Shown here in pieces: positions 50,011 to 64,000 of a DNA stretch of 64,000 nt (positions are counted from its first letter, which is position 1; every line of letters starts with the position of its first letter). Made by a program: the position numbers and the translations under genes. This stretch comes from Geosiphon pyriformis uo1 (Eukaryota > Fungi > Glomeromycota), in NCBI GenBank assembly GCA_016748015.1, contig JAAOMT010000503.1, forward strand, positions 145,325 to 209,324. The letters are read 5' to 3'. The notes beneath the pieces are model-generated. The model did no database searches, was not told where the DNA came from, and saw only the letters and a program-made list of their open reading frames with translations.

Positions 50011-50249
50011 GTTCTGGTCTGATGTCAGTTGAATAGGAACTTTCTCAGCCACTGGTAATTTTGTTGGTGATATTTTCTTGTGACTTGTCTTCTTCTTTTT
50101 CTTTCCCTTTGTTGTCTCAAAACAGTATTATTGGTAATTTGTTGTGATCAGTGTCAGCCCACGAAACTTAATAGGCTTTTTAAGTAGGTTTTTTCTCTTT
50201 TTCCTCAAATTCAATTAGTGGTGCAGTTGTAGTGGTCTTGAAGTGTTCA

Positions 50250-52933
50250 CAAGTGGCTGGTACTCTAGTATGCTGCCTATTTTGGCTGAGCTGTAGCTTC
50301 TGGATGTTCCAGTTGAGCACAGCGTTGGTTTTAGACAGCCAGTTATTATCAACAAAAGCTTGGTACTAGGTGGCTTCTATGACTAAAACCTTGATTAGTA
50401 CAATAATACCATTGACTTTGATGGAAAAATTGTCGATTTCACCAATTGGAGTTTTAGTGGCTCCATCAGCAGTAATAATTTTGGTGCTAACAATGCAATC
50501 AACTTGGCAATCTAATTGGTCTATGAGTTGTTGTGTAATGATGCTGCCTGCTGAACCACTGTTTAGGATCAGCTTGATGGCCTGCCTATCGATCTTGGCA
50601 TTGGTGTACATGACAATGATGGATTTTGTATTAAAAGCAGCTTCACTAAAGAGAGGGGTTTTAGTTGGTCTCTCAATTTTGAAGAGAAAAATGGCTGCTA
50701 ACAATTCATCATTTGTGATGGTGGCTGGAAATATGTTGTTATTGATTGTTTGCTTTGGGGAGGTTTCCAGATCATTGTTGGTTGAGACATCTTCTGGGGC
50801 AACCAAAAGACTTAGATAGTTCTGAAAACTCTGATTTTGGTTGTACCTATTTCCCAAATTCCTGAGACGTGATTCTAAGACATAGTTGGATGAACTGGGG
50901 ATTGGTTGATATACAACTATTGCTGATCTCCAGTTTTGCTGAATGATTTTTAGTCTTTGGTTTCCAAGTAACATTTAGGTTGGATGGTGTGGTGGGGTTT
51001 GAATTTGTTGTGGCTGATATATTACTTGCAGCTGTGGCTGGTAGATAACTGGTGCTAAAATTTGGTATATTGGTTGTTGTGCTATTTGAGTGTAATGTGG
51101 TTAATAGTGATTTTGATTTGGATAGTGGTTCAGAGTTTGAAATCTGCGATCAGAGTTTTGATTTTGATTTTCCGATCATAGATTATTACTATAACCTTGG
51201 CAGCTAACTTTGATGTGATTTTGTTTACCACAATTGTAGCAACTACATGTTTTTTGCTGCCACAGCTGATTGGATGATGATGACAAAGGACACAACTGAT
51301 TTTGGAAATGATTTGTGTTTCCTGAATTATTGTGTCATTGTAGAGGCTGATAAATTGTTCAATTGTCAGCTAAGTATTTTTCTAGTTTCTGATTAATTAA
51401 ATTACTGAATTGTTTCAATTTGGAATCCAATTCAGATAATCTGTTCATCACTAGATTTACAGCTTGGGCATGGTTGGCTTTGAGTTCAACTGCTTCAAAA
51501 TCTCTGGCATTTGTAACAGTGACTTAAAGATCTGTCAAGTGCATTGGACATACATGTTGGAGAATACTACTGTACAGGTCTTGAATGAATTGATTTAGAA
51601 TTTGTGGTGCTGTAAAATAATCAGTCTGTATGGCCTGAATTTGGCATAAATTTCTGTGAAAGTGTTTTAAATAAGTAGTAACTGCTTTATTTTCTCCTTG
51701 TTTGATGGTGGTAAAAGTGTTTGCCAAATGATTGATGCTATTATTATTACTAAAGTATTGTAGGAATGCAAGCTTGAATGCATTAAAATCTTGGAATTTG
51801 TTGGTTAGGCTTTAATATCATGAATTGGTGGTATCTTGAAAAAAGTATGGAATGGCTTGGAGGGCTCTTACATTGTTCTATTCATTTGCTGTGATGGTCT
51901 TTTCAATGTTATTGAGCCATATTTGGGCATTGTCTTTTTCACCAGTAAACTTTTCAAGTTTCGCTATTGGAGTGTAGACCATTGGATCCAAATTCAATTG
52001 TTGTAATTGTGGTTGTTGCAATGGCTGTTGGGGTTGTTGAAGTGATGGTTGAATAGGTTGCTGAAGTGGCTGCAGTAAAATTGGTTTCAGTATTGGTACA
52101 ATTGGTGGCTGATCGATAACAATTATTAAAGATAAGTTTCTCTGATTAATTAACTTGGGGTTTAGATTATTCAGAGTTTGCTGGGTTTAAATGTTCGGGG
52201 TTTCAATTTCTGAATTCTCTGTGATCAGATTCTGGTAAGTAAATTCCTAATCTTCAGCTTCTTCTTTTTTCTCTTTTTCTGATTCTGTTATTTTTCAGAG
52301 ACTTGCATTTCTGAAATCTGGTTGAGGTGGCAGTGATCAGAAACCTGATGGCATTGGCGATCACAATTTAAATTCTTCAAAATATTTGCTGTATGGTTCT
52401 AGTAACTCTGTTTTTCTTTGTTTACTTTGAAATGGAAATTGTCCAAAGGTTGATGTCGTGTTTGATGTGGACACGTCTGCTAATGATATATTGATAGCAC
52501 TTTCTGGTGTATAATAGTATAATGGATAGGTTGGTGATTCAACTTTGGTTTTTTTCCAAGTGGGTGGTTGTATCTTTTTGGGTGTTACTGCTGGTGTTTG
52601 CAATCTTTCTTTGTCTTTGTCTGCATAGATAATAGGGAATTGTTGTTGGGTGTACCTTTCAATGGTTTGATTAATTTTTCTGATGATTGGTGTAAAACTG
52701 TGGTTTCTTGGTAAGCTGGTATGTTGAAATAATTCTGTATAGAAATTTTTTCTTGTGGATTCAATATTAACTGTTTCTCCTAAGCAGTTTGTGATTTTAG
52801 CATTAATGTAAAAGTTGAAGACTGATTCCGTTAGGAAATGGTTGTTGTTTAATCCTAACTGTTGACTGTACTGTTAAAACAAGAATTTGGCAAATCCTAA
52901 ATGATTTGCTCCTATGATTTCTGATTCTGCCAC
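50250..52933 (-). pseudogene. gag and protease of element D
   Basis: Collinear with C; CYNCGKQNHIKVSC knuckle; LIL[D>N]SGSAGS. Confidence 0.88.
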
Positions 52934-52995
52934 TTTTGAATGATTGTTATTGGTGCTGGTTTTCTGTAGGATTATACCTTATAAGGAGCACCAAA

Positions 52996-53918
52996 TGTTA
53001 CAGATGATTATTTGGAGTCTCAAAGCAAATAACAAACTCGTAACTTGGTGCTTAATTGATAATGTTAGTAATGTTTGAAGATGTTTCGATCAAAAATTTT
53101 AATTGGAGTTCTTTGTATAATGGACAGAAATTCCCATGTTATTTTTTCCGTAGTTTTCCGGAATTGCAATTCTGTCAATTTTTTTCTTAGAGTGGTGGCC
53201 AGCAATCTTTTGGTAAGTAATTCGTAATTTTTATGCATTTTATCCACTTGCAGGGGTCTTTTATCAGGCAATTCTTGATGTCAATACTTAGTACTTTAAT
53301 CCTCAATCAATTAGTATATCCAACAAAATAAAGACAAAAAATAAAAAAGATAAAGAAAATAAAGACAATAAGCCAAGGCAATATAAGTTAATATCCTGTC
53401 AATAGCTGTGATTAAGGGCTATTGTTTCTGTGTGTTTTAAGTATTAATTACTATCACCATTTAGAGTTGATAGTAAACAACTGGATTTGAGATGCTAAAT
53501 AAGTATATTTATTGATATTTTGGAATGCTATGATTTCTAACTAGGAAACAGTAACTAAGAAATTTCTTTTTTTTTTTCTCCCTCTTCCTTCTGCCTCTAA
53601 TGCTACTGCTATATATATGTATTTTTTAGTTTTACAGGATTGCTTTAGATCATCTGTTTTTGCTAGCTATTGCTTTGTTTTTCTTATGTTATAACTAATT
53701 ATCCTATGTTATAACACATTATCTGACATTATTACATGTTATTCTATATTATCCTGTATTATAACACGTTATCCTACATTATAACATGTTATCCTATATT
53801 ATAATACGTTATCCAATATTATTGCATGCTATTCTGTGTTCTTTCATGTTTTGTCATGTTTTTCTTCAGGTCACGTTTTTCCTTCTTTCTTTGATAGGCT
53901 TTTTTTCTTCAAGTAATA
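52996..53918 (-). repeat. 5' LTR of element D
   Basis: Matches 43708..44636; followed on the minus strand by PBS TTTGGTGCTCCTTATAAGG. Confidence 0.94.
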
Positions 53919-56900
53919 GAATCTAGCCTCTTCCAATGTCTGAAAGTATACCAATCAAAAACAGTATTATGACTATTACAAAGTTGATTTACAAAAGCCA
54001 TGCCATACTGACAGAGAGAGAAAAAAAACTTGAGAAATTTTGACTTGCCCAGAACAGTAGACATAAGAATCCTATTATGAAACTGAAAAAAACTGGCCAA
54101 AGAACCACCCAGAGACAGATTACAATCAAGAAGAATACAAACCATGTCTGCCAGAAAGTTATTAGAAGCACTAACACAAATATGAACAGGAGAACTCAAT
54201 AGATGAACAGAGCATTAATACAGAACTTGTAAGTCATGGGACCTGTGAGAAAACAAGTGGCCCAAAACTTCACCAGAGTTCACAAAACTAACAAGGAAAG
54301 CAATCTTACTTTTAAACTGAACTTGTAAAAAAGATTTCAAACCATAAAAAAAGAGGTGGTAAATTGTGTCATTAGAAAAATTAAGTAGTAGACCAGATTT
54401 AAGTTTTAAGCCCTTATGAATTAAAGCATCCCACTTGTTGCACACACTAATAGGAACAAAACTGAACTGTGTTCTATAGCTGACTATAAGATGGAAAACT
54501 GCTAACACCAAATACAAGAGCTGCTTATCCAAGATAATTTTTCTTAAAACCAGATTGGTGAAAAAATGAACATCTAAATTTGTCTTAGCCAAGCTAGACT
54601 TTGAGAGACTTTCAGTTAAAAAAAAAACCCCCAAATACTGATGAGATTCACCCTTTTTGGCAATAAAAATTGATAAGTTATTGATAGAAAAAGAAAGAAT
54701 GCTGACCCTGCTATTGATAGAAATAGCCATTGTTTTGTTATTATTAATTAAAATGTCATTGATCTAAAAAAATTCACCAGCAACATTGAGAATATGTTGA
54801 GTAACACTTTGACTATTACCAACTCAAATTGTATTATCAACAAAAGCACCAGCAGCAAAAAAAGAAGAAAGCCCAGTCTGAGATTTAGTGTAACCACTTC
54901 TGAAAACAAAATAAGAATTCAGTCTATATTCATACACACTTTCCTGTTACTTGACTTCACACAAAAGAGAATCATAAAATATGTACTACAGAAAAAAAGA
55001 GAATACCTCTCCTTAGTCCAAACCATTGTGCACATTATAACCACCTGTCAAACTAAAGTTTGTTATAACTTTGTTGGTGCAATTCTTATTAATACTACCA
55101 AAAAATTGAATAAACTTGCTGCACATTTTGATCCTAACCAAACTCTTCTCAAGATGTTTCCAGCCAACCAAATCATAAGTTTTTTGCATGTTCTATAGAA
55201 CTAGTCAAAGCTCCCAGTTCTTTTCCAAAGCATCTTCAATAACTGAACCAATTGCAAAAATAGAAAACTGAGTTGTTATATCCTTTAAAACCAAAAAATT
55301 GTCCTCACAAAGAACATCAAAAGTGCTACATACCAAAAAAATTCTGTTAAAAAGAATCTTGGAAAGAATCTTATGAGCTGTTTTGATTAAAGCAATAAGA
55401 TGGGTATTCATTAGAACACCCTTTCATTTATAAGGTTTGAAAATCATCGAGACCCAAGCCTCTTTCCAAGAGCTGGGCATTAATTCACCAAACAAACAAA
55501 AATTCAAAAGTGTCAACAGCATATCTAGGACCACCTTATCACAATGCTTCCAAAGCTCATTCAATATACTCAGGAGATTTGCAGCTTTGCCTTTAGGCAG
55601 ATTAGAAACCACCCCAACCAATTCATCAAATTCAATTAAACACATAACACCAGAAAAAGCTTCATCAAACACATACTCTAAGAGTTAATATTAACAATAC
55701 CAGTTACCAGAGATATCATCAACCACTCTATGTTTTCTAGTTCAATCTTCCATAATTACATCTACTTTAGACTTAACCAAATCAGGTTCCAGGATTAGTT
55801 CATTATTAACTACCAGATAATCAAAAACCACTTTGCAAAATAGACATTTCAGCACACTCTTGATCATATAACCTTTATTAATCTCAAAGCTTTCTATTTT
55901 CTTATCAATAGCAGATCTGATGTTTGTTTTCTTAGCTCTTAGAAATTCAGCAAGCTTGGCAGCACAATAAGATTTTCTAGCATCAAAAAGAGCAAAACAG
56001 ATATGATTAGAGCCAGCACCAGAGTCCATCACATCTTAAACAACTGATGCCTTAACATTGTTTAAAGAGATTCAGCATCTCATAAGAGAATCAAAATTCA
56101 CAACACTCTCTTTACATAAGACTTTAACAATCCTAGAAACCAAAAGCTCCAACTTGTGAAATTTTGAAGATTTTTTGGTGAAGATATCATCAAAGCTCTT
56201 GAACCATTTCTTCTTGAACACTTCATTAGCCAAAAGAACTATTATCTTGTGAACTATATCTCACATTGCATCCAAATCTGAGAACTTTGTGGAAATGGTA
56301 AACTCATCTGAGAACATTACAGCATTGGCCAACATAGCACCCTTAAAATCATTCTATTTAGTTTTATTGGCATTCTTGAACTCAAACTTCCATTAATCCC
56401 TATTTGTTTGCTTGTGAAAAAAGTTCAACTGCATATCCAAAAGTCTACCCAAACCCACAGAAACAGAAACAGATTAGTGATCTGTGTTAAAATGCTTGCT
56501 AACTTCCAAAACATTGCAATGTACTATTGTATTTACCAAATTTGGGGAAAAAAACACATAATCAATCATTTTTATAACACCTCTAGAATTTTTCCAAGTA
56601 TGCTTTTTCACAGCCAAGCTGCCAACCAAAGAATTAACAAGCCCTAAATCAAGGCATCTTTTAAATCTTGTACACTTATGGAAACTGCTCTCATTAAAAT
56701 CACCACTGAGAATGACAAAAGAAGATTCATTGACAGCCTTTGCAATAAAAGAGTTGACATTACCAGTCTGAGAAAACCAAACTGTTGGAGAAGCACCAAT
56801 GTAAAGCCCCAAAATTAACACTGAAAATTTATTCTTGAAAAACAATTTGATAAACAGAAGCTGACCAGGCACTTTTGAAATCTTGCACACATGTTTTGCT

Positions 56901-57148
56901 AAAAAAGAGTTCATGATGACTACAACACTAGCACTTAGATAACCAGATTCCAAACCAGAGGTAAACACTTGCATACCACCAAATTTGTTGACAATCTAAG
57001 AGTGAACCTTTCCTTTTAACTTCAATTCTGTAAAAATAGAAACCAAATTGTCCATGTCTCTGTGCCAATAAATGATATTATCTTGCTTTGCAGGATTGTT
57101 CATTTCTTTAACATTGCAAGTAGCAATTTTTTATACCAAACCACTTAT
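53919..57148 (-). pseudogene. LINE-3 ORF2 N-terminal part (APE and RT)
   Basis: IATCNVK, SGDFNE, IDYVF, NTDH; KAANLLSI, LIALIKT, GAFVD[D>N]T, YLGV. Confidence 0.9.
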
Positions 57149-59010
57149 TGGGAAGCAAAAAACATCCAAAAATCTGAGCCAGCACACAACTGATCTAACT
57201 TTGCCAAAACTAAACCAGTTGAGGCTTCAAGAGCCACCAATTTGGACTTCAAACAGCCCACCTTAGTCATCAAAATTTTTAAGCTACTAAGGCCCAGAGC
57301 TGAAACAACAGAGAAAGATGTAGGCACTATTATAGAACCATCCAAAACTATATTCAAGTTTGAATCTAAATTGATGATTATTGGGGCAACCGAATGAGCA
57401 GAAGAAGGAAAGAGAGCCAAAGACATCAATTTTATGCTGCTGAATTTGTGCACAATGTCAGAAACCTGATCACTCAAAAGCTCTAAGGAACGTTCCAAAG
57501 AGGCCAAATGAGTATTCAAAGATGAGTTATTGGTCAAAACAAAAAGAGAACCACCATCTAAATTCAAGGCACCAAAAGAAAAAAAACCAGAACCAGAACC
57601 AAAATCAAACTGAAGACCACTAGAAAAAGAAGCAGAAGAGACTACTTGAGCCCATAACTTGTCACTGAAAGCAGCAGAACAAAAAATAAGAACATTTTTC
57701 TTGGCATATAACCTGGCCAATTAAAGGCAATTCACATTAAAAGCATTCTTTTTAAAAATTCTTTTAGAAGGAACAGACATCAGAGTGTTAAAAGCATCAT
57801 ATTCTAAAGCTGAGTGTCCAAACTTCCCACACTTTTTACACCAAACCAAGTCCAATCTAGCCCAAGAAAGTCTCATGTCACCATAGATTGGCACAGTACA
57901 AAATGCAGATTCAAGCTCATTTTCAAATCCAAAACCAATAATAACACAGTGAGTCCAGTTGTCAGTCTTCAGAGAATGATTGATCACACAAGTTTTTTCA
58001 CCAGTCCCTTTCAAAAAAGTACCAAGATTGTGTGCAGTTGTTTCCACTGGCAAAGTAAACAAAAGTGCCCTAAAGCAATTTCTAAACATCCAAGTATCCC
58101 AATTTTCTACAGCCATAGCCACATGTACTGAGTTTTTTTCAATGAAAAATGATTATCTTAATACCAGTTGCTTTGTCTGCTCTAATTTGGCAAATTCTAC
58201 TACAGTCTTCTGCCATATTCCAATCAGTTGAATTTTAATTGACTTAATATTACCAAACTCAGATACTGTGGCAATGATTATTTCCTTTGGCATATTCATA
58301 AAAATTTCTTTGATTACTATGGCCCAATCTGAATAAATTCTTTGTTTCTTGAGATTACTGTTTATGTTGATCTTTTTTCCTCTGGCCAATGATGTGGCTT
58401 TTTCTATGCTCTCCTCTAAGATAAACATAGATCTGATAATTTTTTTAAACTTTGAGAGAGTAGTGGCCCCCCAAAGCCATTGATTGTTAAAAAAAAATTT
58501 CTGATAAGCTGAGTTTTTGCCATTGCTAATTTTCCTTCCATAGCTGAAAGATTAATGTCCAAAGCAAATAACTTTTTAACAGGTACCTCCACTTGTACTT
58601 TGGTGACTTTGAAGTCAATCCACTTCTTTTCTAGAAAGAAATTAACATAAGAGGAAAGGGTAACTTTATTATTATCTATAATAAAGTTGGGCAAACCAAA
58701 ATCAGCACTAGTATTGAATTGCTTTATTTTAAGAATAATAGCAGCCAAATCCAGAAGAGATTTATTATCAATGCCAGCCATGCCAACATCCTCATCATTA
58801 CCAAACAAGCTGTTTATATTAGAATAAATACTATCATCAGACTCTGACTTGATTAGAGATACATTCTTTTTATCACCAGAGTGCTTAATATTCCCAAAAG
58901 CAATTCTCTTTTTTGAGAGAAAGAACCCCCAGCTGGACTATAAAGAGCACCCTTGGGTGCCTTTTTTTTTAATATATTGCTATTAGAGGCAGCCTCCAAG
59001 CTTATTACAA
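57145..59010 (-). pseudogene. LINE-3 ORF1
   Basis: IVIKEIFMNM...SEFGNIKSIKIQLIGIWQKTVVEF; CKKCGKFGHSALE; coiled-coil C-terminus. Confidence 0.88.
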
Positions 59011-59129
59011 ACAAGTTATTAAGTAAAAAAATGTTGAGATAATTAATAAGAAAGATAAAATAAAAAACTTCTTTTTCAGAAAAGCACTCTTTGGGGTTTT
59101 TTAGATAGAAAAGAGAAAGAAGTTTTTTG

Positions 59130-61140
59130 CAATTTGTAAGATTTAATTACAATATTAAAAAAGCTTAAAAGCTTAATTAACTTAATTTTAAGATTTTTTA
59201 ACTTAAAAACAATAAAAATAAAAATACCAAAGCTTATAAATAATATAATAATACTTTTTTTTAAATTAATATCCAAAACTATATTAAAAATAAAAGTTAA
59301 TATTAAAAAAAAACAGCCAATTAAATAAAAACAACAAAAAAACAAAGTATTTAACTTAGAAATATTATTAAAATTTAATTTAACAAAAGCTTTAAATTAT
59401 GTTTTAATATATTTAATCTAAAATTTACCAATAAAAAATACCAAATAAAATAAGATTTAAAATATTATTATAACCAAAAATTTAACTAGAAAAAACCATT
59501 TGGGTTTATAATTTATTATTAAAAACAACTAAATATAAGATAAAAATATTTTTTGGCAAAAAACTTAACAAAATAAATCTGTGTAATTTTAAAAAATATA
59601 TATTTATTAAATTTTTTTAGAAAAATTATATTTTAATTCAAAATAATTAAATTTATAAAATTTATATTTAATCAAATTTAATTTAATTCATAAAAAATTA
59701 ATTTTATTAAATTCTTATTAATTTGAAAAAATTATTTAAAATTAGTAAATTAAATTAAATTAAATTAATTTAGCAAAATTCATTACAGTTTTTTGTTATA
59801 GCCTAATTAATTATAATTAAATTAACACAATTTTACCAAATTTAAATAAAACCAAAATTATTATTTTTTTAAATATATTTATGATTTTTTTTTGATAATT
59901 ATTAAATAAATTTTTTGTTTTTTAAGATTATTGTTTATTAAAATTTATTTATTTATAACTAATATTATAACTTTATTTGATTTTTTTTAAAGATAAATAT
60001 AAATCTAACAATTTTATAAAATTTTAAAAAAGTGGTAATTTTTTAAAACTATTTATTATTAAAAATAATTTTCTAATAATTAGCACTTTTATTATAGTAT
60101 TTTTTTTTAACTATTAAAAATTTAATATTTAAAACATAAAATTTCTTAATAAAAACTTTTATTTTTTTTTAACTATTATAAATTTAATTATTTAAATTTA
60201 AAATAATAAAGCAGTAAAAAAAAGATATATTTTTTTATTTTTAATATTATAGTTAAGAATAACAAGTAAAAAAACAATTATCTTTTTTGTATTTATTTTT
60301 TTTGTCTTAAAAAAATCAAAAAAAGCTTTATTTTTGCTGTTTTTTTATAATTATTATCAATAATTAAAAAACTGCTTATTTTTTTCTTAAAGTTAATTTT
60401 TATGTTTAAAATTAACTAACAATTACTTTAAAGATAAATTTATTTTATTATTTAAATGTTTAATATTTTCAATCAATTTTTTAATTTTTATGTAAAAACA
60501 TTATTAATAAGATTATAAATAACTCTTTTTGCTAATTTTTTTTAATTATATTATTACTAAAAGCAGCTATAAAGTTCAGAATAAAAGAATTATTGTTTTG
60601 AAAAATATTAAAAAAAAGAGAACAAAAACAAAAAACTTTTTTTTTAAAAACTATTATTTTTTGGAAAATTTGGAATAAAAAAAGTTTTTTTCATTATATT
60701 ATTATTAAAAACCAAAATAAAAATAAGAATTGCTTTTTTTTTTACTTTTTGTAATGTATTTTCTAAAATTTAATATTATGAAAATATAGAAGTATTTTTT
60801 AATATTTAATTAAGAATTATTGTTTTAAGATTATTATTATTTTTTAAATTTATAAATAAATAAAAACCTAGTTAAAAAACAAATTAACAAAACAATAATA
60901 GTTTTTATGATATAAACAAATAGAAAAATTTAAAGTTTGTTTTGTAACTAAATCTAATTACTTAAATGTTTTTTTGAAAACTAAAAACTTATATGTATAT
61001 ATATAATTTGAATTATATTTATTTTTAAATTGTTTTATAATTAACAATTACATAGTGATAATTGACAAAGTTTATAATTAAACAAAATCTTTTGCAATTA
61101 CCAATTTTATTATTATTGTCATTTTTGATAATGTTGCAAA
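59130..61140. other. Ultra-AT-rich low-complexity tract
   Basis: Almost devoid of G and C; similar tracts at 29830-30355, 39470-40260, 41900-42115 and 63560-64000. Confidence 0.8.
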
Positions 61141-62301
61141 ATAATTACGAGATTACTTAACAATTTAAATTTTTTTTTCGATCTTCATTTATCAAATGAC
61201 ATTCAGATGATTGAGGCAATGAGCTGATGCAAAAATAGAAGATTGGAATGCTTGCCATAGCTTCAATGTCAGATGTGATTTAGGCAAAGAAGCTACGAAA
61301 ATATGAATAGAAAAAACAAAAGCCCCCTCTATTTATGATGTCAATTATCTCGATTAATAGTAAATCTAGTCCCTAGTTATAAAATGGCAAGGTGATGACT
61401 GCCCCAAAACGCAAGGAAATAAGCGCGCAAGTTCCATAGAAAATGATCGAGTAGCCTTTAAACTTCGTGACCCAAAAGACTACGCTCAAGTCCGGGGTAA
61501 AAAAGAGGATAATTAAAAACAGAATTAGAGCAAACTAAACAACAATTAAGGAAAGAGAAAGAAAACAATTCAAGTGGAATTTCTCCTATAAGAAATCTTG
61601 GCGACAGCAGTGAAAGGGCTAAGAAAGAAAGATATATTAAACTAAAATCAGCGAAGGTGACGTCATAAATGTTAACTTTGTCTCGTGTTGTTGCAGCACG
61701 CCCCATTTCCAATACAGCCAAAAGCTTCATGAACAGCTTGATTCCTGTTGAGTTTTTCAACTTTCATGTTATTCCTTCAGTTGTAAAAAACTAGCAGTCC
61801 TCGTTTCAATCCAAAAATGTGGCTTTCACCCTTTTAACATAGGAGACCATAGAGGATCCAAAATGCCTCGAGAAACAAGAAAAGACATTTTCTTCGACTC
61901 CAATTCATTTTCGTATAATTCCATTCAAATATCAATTTTTGATTGTAGATACGGTAGCTAGGTGATCCAAGGAATTCATTTTAATAATCAATCGACAGTG
62001 GTTGAAAAATTTAAGATGTAGCAAATGACAAAGATTGAATAAGAAATAGAAATAAATTATTTTCATTTAGCTCATCAATATTTGATTGTCACATTTGCTA
62101 TTCGAGACATCGGTGAATGGAACATATTTCTCGGATTGACTTTCGCCAAGGTGCTGCATCAGTGAAGATACTGTTTTCATCACTAGGGTCGAGGATTTAT
62201 GAGTAAAACTCGTTAGGAATAAGTATTCACTGAAATGGGGATTTCTACCGTTCTAGAATCCACAATTTAATAATTCGATGGCTAGAACTTTTGTGAGAGC
62301 T

Positions 62302-63322
62302 TTAAAGAAGCGTGGGAAGTCCATCAATGACAGGAGGCTCCGGCACTTCAACTGGGCCAAGCCTTTCCACTTGCTGAATCATCGTTTGCGTTTTATGAAT
62401 TTCTTTGTCAACCACCCACTCTGCTTTAGTAACTTCCCACTTGGCTTTCTTTATACTTTCATTCAATTTTGTTTCTGCTTCGCGAAGACGTAGTGACTCT
62501 TGATGATAACGTTGAAGCTGTATTATCAAACGTGGATTTGGTTTAAGAAATTAGCAGTTTATTAAATCTAATATATTAATTTATTTTTTTGGTGGGAATA
62601 GAGTCAGAAACCTTTTCTTCTTGTTCTGGTGCCACAGGTATTAAGGTTAAAGGTTTTGCCGGTGGATGGAAATTGTGGGGTCCACCACGTTGATGATGTC
62701 CATGCGGATGTGGCAATGGGCCAAAATGTCCATTAGCAAAGGGTGGCAAGGGTCGTGTTTGATAATGTGAATTTTGATGGTGGGTATGAGGTGGCAGTTG
62801 TTGTTGGAATAAGCTATGGTGTCCTGGTGGACCACGATTATTTAGATAAGGTGATGAGTTATTGGTATTATGATGGTAATTATGGTAATTATTGGTTAGG
62901 TCTCTGATTCCATGACCTGGACTACTACCGTTACTGTTACTCCTAGGATGTGGTGGGTGATGATATGGTTGTGGTGAGCCACGATAGGGTCTGCGTTCAT
63001 ATGGGGGTAATGGTGGATTGGGTGGCGGTTGTGGCCTCATTTCTCTTGCAGTTGGATAAGTTGGTACTTGTCCTCTAAATGCTGTTGCCGCATATGAAGA
63101 ATCTTCACGTTCAGCATAACGAGAAACTGGTGGTGGTGGAGGTTCACGAGAATGGTAATCGTTAGAGCCTTGTGAGCTACCCCCGCTGTAACTCCGAGAA
63201 TAGTGAGACGAAGAATAACTATTATCCCGCTCTGAGTTGTAAGAACTTGACCTATAAGAGGGAGGTTCTCCGTTGCGACTTCGATAGTCTGAAGAACGTC
63301 TTAAATCATTGCCACGGTCCAT
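62302..63322 (-). CDS. Host gene, two exons (63322..62612, 62517..62302), 308-aa protein: Ser/Arg/Pro/His-rich disordered N-terminus plus C-terminal coiled coil; function unknown
   Basis: A 94-nt phase-0 intron (AAG/GTTTCT...GCTAAT...TACAG/CTT) joins the 248-aa and 75-aa ORFs in frame; normal CpG content; no premature stops. Confidence 0.8.
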
Positions 63323-64000
63323 GATGCGAAACCACCAAGAAAATAGGAGGTGATTTTTATAGATGATTTATTATCTCGCCTGCATTTAGTGTTAACGAAC
63401 GTGAAGTTCTTGCATGAGCAAATTTACTGTTACCAATTATTAAGTATATTACCAGGGGGGGGAGGGGGGAACTGCAAAATTTTCATCCAGAAAAGAAATT
63501 ACAAAAATATCTCAAGTTTGCAATCTTTTTCACACAAATTTTTGTTTTTCTAATAGTTATGAGATTTACAGAATAAATTTATATTTATTACTATTATTTA
63601 AATTAAATTAAAATTTATTATATTAATGTATTAATTATTATCAATAAGAATTATTTTAGTTAATTTTGGGTAAAAAATTTTTAATTAAAATATGAATTAA
63701 ATATAAATAATTATATATATATTTTACTGTAAGATTAAAATAAAATAAAATAAAATAAATTTTATTTGATTTTTTTTGTTTAAATCCTAAGATTTTAATT
63801 GTTGTTTTAAATTATATTTTTAGTATTAAAATTTTTTTAACAAATAATAATATATATTTAATTTTTTTGTTATTATAAAATATGATTTTATTATTTTTTA
63901 CCTAGGTAAAATGCCAATTTTAACATAAAACATTAAATTAATAAAATAATTTTTAAACTTAAAAATAATTATAATGTATTTTTGTCAATAAATAAGATTA

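Larger units (their letters stand above)
43708..53918 (-). mobile_element. LTR retrotransposon D, full length (about 10.2 kb), TSD GAAT; sister family of C
   Basis: LTRs 43708..44636 and 52996..53918; GAAT at 43704-43707 and 53919-53922; PBS and PPT present; internal domains collinear with C. Confidence 0.96.
42115..59130 (-). mobile_element. LINE-3, full length, interrupted by LTR element D
   Basis: ORF2 reads WKRLDS / HGLVLE*FK across the D insertion, matching WKKLSSRGPVLLWYSK of LINE-2. Confidence 0.93.

Noticed and set aside
53065-53271. 68-aa ORF inside the D LTR (RLLATTLRKK also readable in C)
   Set aside because: Starts at TTG, the frame is not maintained in the C LTRs, and nucleotide conservation of U5 explains the similarity

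Overview
AT-rich eukaryotic, almost certainly fungal, DNA. The proteins and style resemble Glomeromycotina such as Geosiphon, but this is inference and was not searched. About 59 kb is a nested graveyard of retroelements, followed by one two-exon host gene (62302..63322, minus). (1) Four Ty3/Gypsy-type LTR retrotransposons: A (minus, <1..8732), B (plus, 3' part 8733..12992), C (plus, full length 16174..26271) and D (minus, full length 43708..53918), plus one solo LTR. Where both flanks are visible the TSD is 4 bp. They share an unusual layout: N-terminally extended gag - protease - Cys-rich domain - dUTPase - RT - RNase H, then a stop, a separately initiated integrase ORF, and an extra env-position ORF3 reaching the PPT. 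Each LTR family carries its own helically phased array of palindromes in U3. (2) Seven non-LTR elements, all on the minus strand: four RNase H-type LINE copies (two full length, one split by LTR insertions, one 5'-truncated), one nearly erased ORF1 fossil, and two ORF1-only (HAL1/HeT-A-like) elements that carry the LINE 3' UTR. All repeats are riddled with C>T/G>A transitions, so nearly every ORF is a pseudogene and most short ORFs in the track are fragments or antisense shadows. There are three assembly gaps (2898-3637, 7419-7647, 40361-40380). LTR and TSD boundaries were read directly; internal domain boundaries are approximate.
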